Assembly: GCA_036172245.1 (NCBI GenBank)
Contig: JAYWIR010000091.1
Location: forward strand, 1-64,000
Reading direction: 5' to 3'
Source of the DNA: Raillietiella orientalis
Lineage: Eukaryota
DNA length: 64,000 nt
Shown: piece by piece, positions 51,938-62,874 of the stretch
Layout of the letters: each line of letters begins with the position of its first letter
How positions within the stretch are numbered: position 1 is the stretch's first letter
Program-made: the position numbers and the translations under genes
The notes under the pieces: generated by a model
Seen by the model: only the letters and a program-made list of their open reading frames with translations
The model's database searches: none
Told to the model about the DNA's origin: nothing

Positions 51938-53728
51938 CTCGGTGCTCCTCGTGCCGGGAAGCGTCCCTAGGTGTAGGCTTCGAGTGTGGTGGTGGTCGAT
52001 CAGGCAGCAATGCCTGACACGACCACCAGTGCGTGTCAGGGGGCGGTGGCAACGTCGCCTCCTGAAGAAATGTTGTGCCAGGTGGCGGCGGCAACGTCGC
52101 CTATAGAGAATGTGGAGTGCCAGGAGGCGGCGGCAACGTCGCCTTCAGTGGCGAAGGAGGAGGAAGCGTTCGCCCTCACAAAACCGGTCCCCGTTGCAGC
52201 GCGTGCTTGGAGCGCCGTCGTGTCGGCGCCATCGCCTGCAGCCGCGGCGGAATTATCTGCCTATGTGGAAGAGGGGTATAACCCATCACTATTCTACAAG
52301 GTAGGCAATTTGTATTCTGCTGAGATTGCTTGCGCCTTTTCGAAGGGGATGCGCGCTCTCGATGTTAAAGAGAAGGAGCTCTGCGCTATGACCGTTCCTA
52401 GCGGAGGGCAGTACGTAGAGGTGATCTGCAAACATGCAGATCTGGCACAACGTCTGCTTGAAACCCCCGTAATAATGAAGACACTAAGGTTCCTTCCCGT
52501 TACGGCGGACCACAGTATGGTGTTCCACCTTCTAGGAGTTACCGCGCGGATGCAGAAAGAACAGTTACGCGCCGCGTTGGGAAAAGAAGGCACGGTCCAT
52601 GCAGTATGGACCAAGACTAGTCCTTTCGAGGACTATACCACAGTTCAGTGCGGCCTCACGGCTGCCCGTGTAACCGTTTGGGAGAACTGTACCCTTCCCC
52701 ACAAACTGGTGGTCGGCGGAGAAAGCGTCGACCTCTGGTACGTGAGGAAGCCGAAATACTGTGGCTTCTGCAACACATCGCGACACCTCAAAAGGAGGTG
52801 CCCCAACGTACAGTGCCTGGTATGCGGGACAATGGGTCACACGAAGGAAGTGTGTCCACAATCCGCTGTGCGCGTGGTTACCGCGAGGAACCTAAGAAAA
52901 CGCGCGCGGCTGCTACGGAAACAACTGGCGGCGAAGGCTGCCGCTCAAGATGTGCCACCCACTCTCGTGGTCCAGGTCTCAGCCGACACCCCGGCAACGA
53001 ATGCCGAAAAGATCGACAAAAGCGGTCAGGAGTCGAAATGGCAAGAGGTCACAGCGAAAAAGAAAAAAAAGTCGAAGAATGAACGACGAATTGAAAAAAA
53101 AGTTCGCCTACCAAAATAAAAAACAGCAGGTTAGCGAGAATTTAAAAGAATGCAGCGTCGTAGTGGAACTTGTCCCCGCCGAACGCCGCAAGGTAGAAAT
53201 CGCTGCTACCTACGAGCAACCCACTGTTGAAAATGTCAACAGCGTGGGGAGCGAACCCACGGAAGCGTCCGTCATCGAGGCCGTGATCGATGACGCCGCC
53301 TTCTAGCGTGCGGCGGAGGATCTGGCTGCATAGTTGCAGCCAGACCCCTCGAAGGCTGGCAAAAAGGCAGTGAGGCGTCCGGCCTCAACCGAGGAGTCGG
53401 TAACTTCCGACCCCGAAGCGAAGACCGGAAACCAAGTTTCTATTTTGGCGGCACCCCGCTGGAAGGCTCGAAGGAAGGACAGGAAACCGGGGAAAGCCCC
53501 TCTCCAGGTCGAAGGCGTGGAGATGACTTCCCACTGCGAGGGTGCCATTAGCGTGGGAGAATCCCGGGAATCGTCACCCGAGAGACCACCACGCACAGAC
53601 ACGGAGGAGATGGAGGGGGCTGAAGCCGGAAAGGTACTCAAGGCGCCTGAGGAGACTGGAACCCTAATGGTCAAATCACCCGCCTCCGAAGAGGCAGGTT
53701 CCCCCACACCGTCGTCTTCCCGGCAGTA

Positions 53729-55333
53729 ATGCCGGCAATCTCCTCCCACCGTCGTCTGCGCATCGCCGTTTGGAACGTGAACGGCATGACAGACGCCGGA
53801 AGGAGGCGAGACATGGCCGCCATCCTAGGATCGTTCGACCTTGCGCTGCTACTGGAGATCCATGTGATCTCTTCAGAACCAGCGCAGGAGATCAAACGCA
53901 TCTCAGGAGGGCAGCTGTTGTATGGGTGTGGAAGATCGAGAAGTTGTGGTGTCGCCTACCTGCTTCGGCCCGCCATCGAGGCGGCTGCCCGTGGACTTCA
54001 GTTCGACGATCACGGTCGTGTCGGCCAGCTGACTCTCAGCTGGACCGACTTGATCGACCTGATCGTTACAAACGTTTACGTCCCGAGCGGAGCGGACCTG
54101 ACGAACAGGAGGGCCAGGAAAGAATTTTTCCTTGCCCTCCATTGCAACTGGTTGACCGAGGCAGGCGTGCGGAATGCCCATGTGGTTGCAGGCGATTTTA
54201 ACGTTCGTATGAACCCGGATGGGCCTAATCACGAGCGTGACCTGGTCAACGAGGTGTGCGCGGCGGTGCACACTTGTAATTTGTTAGCCAGTGTACCAGG
54301 GATGGACGACAACATCGATCACGTGTTCCTTGACGAGCACCTGTGCACTCGTGTGGGCGGGCGCTGCAAGTTGCCGTGCGAGTTGTCCGACCATCGACCA
54401 ATCGTGATTGAAATCCATCCGCGCAACAGGGGCCCCCCCTCGTCAGCGTGGCGTTTGCCAGAAGACTGGCTGAAGCTCCCGGACGCGACGGAACATCTCC
54501 GCACGTTCATACGGAGCTTTAAGATGCAGGCACTTCAGGATTGGGACTGCTTTAAACGGTCGGTCCAGGAGTTCTGCGACCAGTTCCCTCTGCACCCCCT
54601 AGCTGTGGGATTTGGGGACGAAGTACGTAACAAACGAGCCTATCTGCAGGCTCGCCGTTACGCCAGGACCCTTGACATCCGCAGGCTAACAGGATACAAA
54701 GCGGGAGCCAAGAGGCAAGCCTGGCAGTCAGGATCGGCCTGCTTGCTGGACGATCAGGGCCAGGAGCATACGGCACCCGTTCAGATCCGCGGTCTGCTGC
54801 GGAGTTTTTACTCCTCCCTGTACGCAAGAACTCCTCCCGAGCGGGATTTCTTACGAATCCTGCTTCCGGAAGGCGCTTCTGCGATCGGGGAAGAAAAGAA
54901 AAAGTCCCTCGACGAGTGTTTCACGATGGGGGAGATCATCTCGGCCATCGGAAGGCTCAAGAGGCGAAAGGCTCCAGAAGAGGACGGCCTGTCCGCGGAG
55001 TTTTATCAAACTTCCGCGGATGAGCTAACCCCCCTGGTACATCAACTCACCTTACTGATACGCAAGACAGGTGACTTTCCCGCCTCGTTTCGTTCGGCAA
55101 AGATGCGGCTTCTCTCTTTGGGAGGAGATCTGAGGAGCATGAACAACTGGCGTTTCATCACAATAGTGAATGCGGATGCCAAGTTGATAGCTAAGGTTTG
55201 GGCTGAGCGCTTGAAACGGGTTGCAAACGCCTACATCAGCCCGGAACAGACGTATGCTGTTCCGGGGCGAAGCATGAAGGCGAACCTGTTCCACGCTTCC
55301 ACCTGGCTAGAGCTCCAACACGAAAGGGCTTGA
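53729..55333 (+). pseudogene. ORF2 N-terminal half: APE endonuclease, linker, RT start
   Basis: 534 aa: VWNVNG, LLE, NVYVP, GDFN, IDH, SDH, then NADAKL, SPEQTYAVPGRS; frameshift at ~55328. Confidence 0.9.
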
Positions 55334-57529
55334 TGCGCACCGGGAATTCCGGTGAGTCCGTCAGTCATGCGACGGATGGTCGGATGGGAGAGGGAGCACT
55401 TGCGTTCGCTGTCGACTTGGGTAAAGCATTCGACAGCGTCGACCAGAATCTCCTGCTGGAGCTTTTGGAACGCTTAGGCTTCTCGGCCTCATTATTGGCC
55501 TATCTGCGCTCTAGCTGGCGCGATGCACAAATCAATGTTACTTTCAGCGGGCATACTATTCACGGTGTGCCGGTGCTACGTGGGATCCGGCAAGAAGACA
55601 GCCTGAGCCCCTTGCTGTTCAGTACCTACTTTGAGTTGGTACTGAAAGCGTACAGGTAAACTCTGGCGCACCTGCCGCATGAATGCGCCGGAACGCCTGC
55701 AATTTCAGCATATGCAGACGACCTCCTGCTACTGCTCCCTATTTCCACTCCAACTTCGGCGGTTTAGAAGTTCTTCGACCTGCTGAATCAAGGAACCGGA
55801 CTTACGGTGAACTGGGCGAAGTCGTCCGTGATGCCAGTTGGTGCGGCGTGGGCAGGGAAGCAAGACTGTCTCCGTTTGGGGATGCCCACGGTGACGTACT
55901 TCAAGTACCTTGGTGTGCGTTGGGGGACTACTCCCCTGCGGAAGCGTTGTCCGGTTGCCTTCAAAAAGTAGAGACGGCTATCGGCCCGTTCCGAGGCGGC
56001 TCGTTTTTCCTGCCTGAACGGGCCGCGGTTTGGAAGATGTTCGCTGCTCCTCTCCTCCGTTGTCTGCTTTTTGTTTGCCCCCCAACAGAGAGGATCAAAA
56101 AGCGGACGAAGGACCTTCTCCGTATCGCGCCTTCGGGCAACGGGAGGGCCCGTGTCCGCTTGAAGGACTTGTGCGCTCCGCGTCGGAACGGTGGTCTCGG
56201 CCTCCTGACATTGGAGCGGCTGGAGCTGTAGCTCCAGTTCCGGATTTTAACACTTGTGCCGGAGTTGTGGTGCACCTGTTGGTGCGTCCCTGCACGTCTC
56301 CACCTTCAGCAAGCCACCGGCAATACGGGACTTACGTTGTTTCTGGCACTCCATCGAAGCCGCATCAACCGAATTGGGCTTGATCTACGGAGGTTGGCTG
56401 CGCTGGCAAGCAAAAATCAAGGATGGATCACCTGTCTCCACGCAAACGGTAGTGCCTGGTTGCAGGAAACCGTTCGCACGTGGGGACAGTTGGGCATGCA
56501 ACCCTCCCATCAGGAACGAAGGATCCTGTTTGGGTGTTACAGAAGTTGCACGCTCAGAGAGATCCTGAAGGATCCTAAGAAGAGAGCGTGGTCAGCAAGA
56601 ACCCCCCTCGCTGCTGCGCTGGACTCCCTAGTGGAACATCAGGACAGCGATGTTGCGGCGAAGTGGGAGGTTACAATAAAAATCTCCGGGAATGAGAAGA
56701 AGCAGAGAGAGTGGAAGATGGGCCAGCTAACTGATGCTGCGACCCCGAGTACGCCTTCTAATGGACTTCTATGCTGGAGAGCTCTGCTGGATGTTCCGAT
56801 TGAACATCTGAAGTGGCCCCCGATTCTTATGAACACTTCCTTCCTCCCCTTAAAATAGCAAGAGTCGGCATTCCTGTTGCAGCACTGGGGACTCCCCTGC
56901 AACGCCCGTCGACACCACTGGACCTTTGGAGCGTTGGATCCCAATTGTGTGAGGTGCGGGGAACGGGTTTTCCTCCCCCACCTCCTAGTGGATTGTGTTG
57001 CCCTTCGACCCCTTTGGTTCGGCTTTGCCGCGGCCATCGGTGTCCCTTGCAGCAACCCCAGGGACGCACTAAAAGCCTTTTTCGTTGTCGACACCCTCCG
57101 GCCAGCATCCTCGATAGAAGCCTTGTTCTGCCTTCGTGGCTTCGTCGCCGCCTGGAGCACGGTGACGGGAGGACCTAGCGATCAGGAAGCCATTTAGTGC
57201 GCCTCCGAATTCCTGAGGAGGGCGTCGCGATCATTCCACCTGGATGTTCACAACAAACAAGAGGTTGCCAGCATCCTGAGAGGGATGATGCGGCCCCAGC
57301 AGCATCAGTGATCCCTTCCCGTTCCCTCCCACCCTTTGTTTTCTTTTCTTTAGTTTTTTTGTTTTTGCCCTTTCCCCTGCTGCCTTGGTTGACAGTACCG
57401 GTCAATAAACCGGTGAATTGGCAGGCGCCGTGGTTCTTAGCTTCTGGCTGGAGGATTGCCACAGCCATAAATAATTTGTTTACAAAGTTTATTTTCTTAA
57501 TAAACGACCCGGAGAAATCTGGGTGAAAA

Positions 57530-57749
57530 TCGAACGCCTTGTGGAGATCGACCGCGACCGCCAAGGCACCTGGCGTACCCTCCTGCCGTCGGAGGCTGTT
57601 CTTCTTGCCTGCGGCAGTGAGTTTCTCAGCAGCCTGGCTTCGCTGCGCCACAACTTCCTGAAGCTGCATCCATGTACGCGCGAATAGGATGTTCGCCTCC
57701 ATGGATCGTCCCGGAACCGCGTTGGTTTGTTCCGGGCTCACCACAGATT
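57530..57749 (-). mobile_element. RT fragment ending at HKAFD (right flank of alpha copy 2)
   Basis: SPEQTNAVPGRSMEAN...ALAVAVDLHKAFD. Confidence 0.9.
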
Positions 57750-59815
57750 CCGCGTGTACGGTATTCCCGTGTTTTGGGGCATCCGACAGGGCGACAGCTT
57801 AAGCCCGTTGCTTTTCAGCATCTTCTCTAAGCTGGTGCTAAGAGCATACAGGCTGACGCTGACTCACTTGCGAAGCTTCTGCCCGGGAACGCCTGACGTG
57901 GCCGCCTACGCTGATGACCTGCTTCTTCTGTTCCCCATGTCCAACCCGTCGTCCAGTGTCGAGGATTTTTTCGACCTGATTCGTCGGGGAGCGGGCGTGA
58001 GCGTGAACAGAGAGAAGAGTGTGGTCGTTCCTGTGAGTACGTCGTTGGAGGGGCAGTCCGACTGGATGCGCCTGGGGATCCCCACGGGCGGGTACTTTAA
58101 GTACCTTGGCGTTCCGTTGAGCGCTTTCGGAGCAGCCGGAACGTGAGCGGACTGTCTTCAGAAAGCAGAGTTGGCCATCAGCCCGTTCTTTAACGGCAAG
58201 TTTACCTTGCAGGAACGGGCGACTATTTGGAACACCTTTGTGGCCCCCCTCCTCCGTCCCCTGTTTTTTGTTTTGGACCCCCCCTTTGCAGCGAAACAGC
58301 GGGCTAAACGCCTTCTCAGGAACGCACTCTGGGGTCCGGCGAGATCCAGGATCCACCTTGAAAATTTGTTAGTTCCGCTTCGGGATGCTGGTTTGGGTAT
58401 CCTGACAATGGAGCGAATCGGACTGCAGGTGCAGTTCCGACTGCTGGCACTGTGTGCCCAGCTATGGACGTCCCCCCTGTGTGTTCCAGCCCGCATTTTC
58501 CTGCGGAGATGCGCAGGCAGCGAAAGATTTCTCTCGCTTTTGCCGGGCACTCAATACAGGAAGCGGGGTTTGGGGTTTCCATTGCGGCATTTGACCGCTC
58601 TTCTGGAAGCACACTCGTGGATCTCCTGCCGCCCAATGGACTTTGAAGCTTGGCGGCAGGAGTCTATTGAATCCTGGATGACGTTCAAAGGAATGCGCTC
58701 TGAAGTTCTTCGCCCCCTGCGCCAATTCTTTCCGCGATCCTTGGAAGAAGTACTGCAGGACGAGGTGAAGTTTTCTACCGTGGCTGCCACGCCGGTTTCC
58801 GCAGCGCTGTCTGCCCTCAGGGCAAGAAACGACAGTTACCAACTGGCGAGGTGGGAGGTTTCCTGCACGATAGCGGGAAAACCAAAATCCTTGGCGCCTG
58901 GAAGACGAGTGAGTTGGCGGACGCCGCCACTCCTCGTGTTATTGCAAAGGGACTCCTCCGGTGGGCAGAAGAACTTGCTGTCACCCCCGTAGAACTTGTA
59001 GTCCCACCACAGTGTATTGACTGTTCGCTGCTCTTCCTTGTTTGTAAACAAGCCGTGCTGCTTTTCGTTCACTGGGGTTTTCAGTGCAACGAGCGTTGGC
59101 ATCGTGACTCCGGGGGACTTGCGTCTGGGAACTGCGCTCGGTGCGGATCGACGGAGTCGATTCCGTACCTACTTCTGAACTGCGGTGTCCTACAAGGACT
59201 GTGGCGTAGGCTCGCAACAGCACTAATGCATCCCGTGGACACCGCAAGAGACTTGCTGCGACGATTCTTCACGCCGAGAGGGCTGTCACTAAGCGCAAGG
59301 ATTGCAACCATCGGTTGCATACGCGCGATAGTTTCCGTCCGCCAGGCGTTGGTAATCAACGGACAGCACAAAGAGGTAATCAGCAAAGCATCCTTTTACA
59401 TGAGAGCATCCGCTAGATGGCCTTATTTGACAGAGGAGACAAAAAGGAATCTCGCCGCAATACACCGCCGGTCTACACACGCTCAGCCGCGGCCAACCCG
59501 GTGATCATTGCCCTACCCTCCATACACTAATTTTGTATTTTCTTTTTACCAGCGTCCCCATAGGCTCCGGAACATTTCAGGTGCTCATCGTATAAATCCC
59601 CGTGAGTACGGAGCCTATCCAAAATACCGTTACCCTTCCCTCCAGTTTTTGATTTTTGTTTGTTTCTCCTCATTCCTCCCACGCTGCGAACGGTTTGTTT
59701 ACCAGGCCTGCGTGCCGGTAATTTTTCTATGTTTTCTGTCCTTCTGTTGGTTGGGGACTTTGTCCCTGACCAGTTTATTATTATTAATAAACGCTCCGGC
59801 GTGACCTGGTGATAA
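57750..59815 (+). mobile_element. Gamma 3' part: RT C-half to 3' end
   Basis: QGDSLSP, YADD, HWGFQCN, CARCG; AATAAA 59786-59791, CCGGCGTGACCTGGTGATAA. Confidence 0.92.
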
Positions 59816-62800
59816 ATTTCAATCTCTGCCTGCTAACGGGTGAGCCGGCAACACATGAGAGTGTGATGAACGAGTTGTGCTCCGCCATGCCTGCTCGCAA
59901 CTTGTTCGCGGGAGAGGAGGAAATGGTCCACAGCATCGATCACGTCTTCCTCAACGCTGACCTGTGCTCACGGGCCGGCAAACGGGGCAAGATTGCGTAG
60001 ACGCTGTCGGACCATTACCGGATAATTTTCGAGATGCGGCCGCACGACAAGGGAGCGTCATCAAGGGCGTGGCGTCTGTCGGGGGACTGGATGCGACTCT
60101 CAGGTGCGAAGGAACATCTTTGCAAATTTCTTAGAGGCGTCACGCTCAAGAGTTTGCAGGACTGGGTCCATATTAAGGAATCAGTACGGGAGTTCTGCGA
60201 GAAGTTCCCCCTGGACCGCGTCTTCCTAGGATTTGGAGAAGGGTCTCGCAATCATCGGTCCTATTTACAGACCCGTCGGTACGAGAGAACCCCTAATGTC
60301 CGTCGCCTGGAGGAACAGAGCGCTGGGGCCTAACGCCAAGACCGGCAATCCGGGTCGGCCAGCTTCCTGGATGACCAGGGCAGGGAACGGTCTTCCCCGG
60401 CGGCGGTACGGCATTTCGTGCGGGGATATTATTCCTCCCCTTACTCCAGGGCGCCCCCGGAGCGAGACGTTTCTCGGCATTTGCTTCCGGATGGTGCCCT
60501 CGTAAAAGTAGAGGAGGAAATGTCAAGCCTCGACGAGCCTTTTTCCACCGGCGAAAGTCTCGCCGGTGTCAAATAGCTCAAAAGTCGTTAAGCTCCAGGG
60601 AAGGACGGCCTGCTCTCGGAGTTCCTTCAGAGCTTTGTGGAAGAGCTGGCACCCAGGCTGTTTAAGTTGACAAGGCTTATCCGAGACGAAGACAATGTTC
60701 CCGCCTCGTTTTGGTCAGCCAGAGTGACGCTCCTTCCAAAAGAAGGAGACCTGAGAAAACTCACCAGTTGGCGTCCGAACACAATTGTGAATGCGCACGC
60801 CAAGCTGATCGCCAGGCTGTGGGCTATGCGTTGGGGACAGGTAGCCAATACCATAATTATCCCGGAGCAGACTTACCCTGTTCTTTGGCGAAGTATGGAG
60901 GTCAACGTTTTCTTCGCGGTCACATGGTTGCATGTGCAGAGGTCTCATAATGAAGGACATGGGAAAATCGACAATTCCACTTTGGGGCCGCCAGTCGGGC
61001 AGGGAAGCAACTTTCTGGCTGGGAAAGGATTCCTAGCGATCGCGGTCGATCTGCATAAAGCGTTTGACTGCTTGGACCAGGATCTCCTCTTGGAGATCCT
61101 GGGGCGCATGGGCTTCCCACCCTCTCTGACAACTTATTTGCGCTCCTGCTAGCGCAGTGCGATGATAACCGTTGTTTTCAGAAGTCAGCAGGTGTATGGC
61201 GTGCCGGTGCGGAGGGGCATAAGGCAGGGTGACAGCCTCAGTCCCCTGCACTTTAACACCTACTTTGATTTGGTGCTGAGAGAGTATAGGGTGCCAACGG
61301 AGCCTTGCCTTTTGTTTTCCCCACCCCCGTAGAATGCAAAAAGAGGACTGAGGACCATCTGCCCTCTGGGGCAGCGGGAAGCCCCGTGTGCCTCTGAAGG
61401 ATTTATGCGCTCCGCGCCGGAATGGCGGTGTTAGCCTCCTGACGTTGCAGCGCTTGGAGATTCAGCTGCGATGGCGCACCCTCGCTATCGCAGCGAAGAC
61501 TTGGTCCACCCCTTTGAGCGTTCCGGCTCGCCTTCTCGCCAGCCGTGTGTCCCGGTGCGAAGAGCTCGCGTGTTTTCTTCTGTGCCTTGCCCGGAAGATC
61601 CGAAGATGCGGCCTACAGCTCCACCGCATTGCATCCTATGCGAAGGAGAACAGCTGGATGGTTTGCAGCCCCGCCAACTGCTCTGCATGACTGGAAAAGA
61701 ATATCGGCACCTAAGCTGTCGTAAACCAGATGAGCCACGAATCGTGGTATCGTCTCCGATGCATCCCCTACGCCCGTTGCAAGCAGCGGAATCTCCTGGA
61801 TAGCCCCGATAGAAGCATGTGGGCGGAGACGACCTGCCCAGCTACGGCGATGCCCTTTCTGAGGAGGGCGCTTAACAGCAGCTGAAAGCTGGGGAATCCC
61901 GCTGCGGAATCTCCTGGAGAGTCCAGCAAGATGCACGTGGGCAAAGACGACCTGTCTAGCTACGGCGCTGCCCTTCCTGAAGAGGGCACTTCACAGCAGC
62001 CGGACGCCAAGGTGGCAAGTCTCCTGCTGCATCGAGGGACGCGAAAAGTTGATCAGCGGCTGGACAACAATAGAACTGGCAGACGCCACGACCCCGAGCG
62101 TCCAGCCGCGAGGACTAAGAAGATGGGGCGAGCTGCTGGCCATCCCTATGGATGTGCTGAAGTGGCCCCCGCTTCTTCAGGAATCCAGGATCCTGCCTCT
62201 TAAGTGGAAAGAGTCGGCGTTGCTGTTGTTGCATTGGGGTTTACCCTGCAACGCACGCCGCTCTCACTGGACAAGAGGAGTTGTGGATCCTGCGTGTGTC
62301 AGGTGCGGAGAGCGGGAATCGCTCTCCCACCTTATTATGGACTGTGCTGCCCTTCGTCCCCTTTGGAAACGGTTTGGGACGATCCTCGGTCTCCCAACGG
62401 GCAGTTCCCCTAGAGACGTTCTTCGGCCCCTCTTCGTGAAAGACGCCCTGCAGCCAGCCGCAGCCCTTGCAGCCTTGTGCTGCGTCCGAGGCATCGTGGC
62501 GGCATGGAGCGACACCAACAAGGAAGGAGTGGTTCAACACGCGAGGGATGTCATCCCATATTCCCAATGCTTCTTGCGAAGAGCTGCCGGATGGCCCCAA
62601 CTGGGGAATATGAGGACTCACCTCGAGGGCTTCGTTCGACGGATGGGCCCTCTCCACAGCGAACAGTGATCCCTTCCCTGCCCTCCAACTTCTTTTTGTT
62701 TGTTTCTTTTTATTTTACTTTTTGTCTTATCCCCATCCCCCTTCGCTGTCGGGGAGTGCCACGCCGGGCTGCGTCCCGGTGTCCCGACAGGTCCTGTGTT

Positions 62801-62874
62801 TACGGCCGTGGTGGGGCCTAGTACCACGCATGTAAAGTTGATTAATAAACGCCCCGGGCGTACCCGGGTGATAA
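59816..62874 (+). mobile_element. Beta, right part: EN from (D)FN to 3' end, with internal deletion near 61290
   Basis: Starts ATTTCAAT; SIDH, GFGEG, DLHKAFD, QGDSLSP, CVRCGERESLSHLIMDC; AATAAA 62844-62849, CCCGGG-CGTA-CCCGGGTGATAA. Confidence 0.9.
62844..62874 (+). terminator. Conserved 3'-terminal AATAAA plus hairpin, representative copy
   Basis: Same layout at about 13 element ends in the window. Confidence 0.7.

Larger units (their letters stand above)
51916..57529 (+). mobile_element. Alpha copy 2: full-length (~5.6 kb) element with several stops and frameshifts
   Basis: 5' CTAGAGCGGACGTGTTT, ORF1 ~52010-53729, TAATG 53727-53731, ORF2 53729-57310 in pieces, 3' GGAGAAATCTGGGTGAAAA. Confidence 0.95.

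Noticed and set aside
57310..57529. 3' UTR acting as an RNA guide for the KAFD target
   Set aside because: I found no extended complementarity to the target by eye; untested computationally
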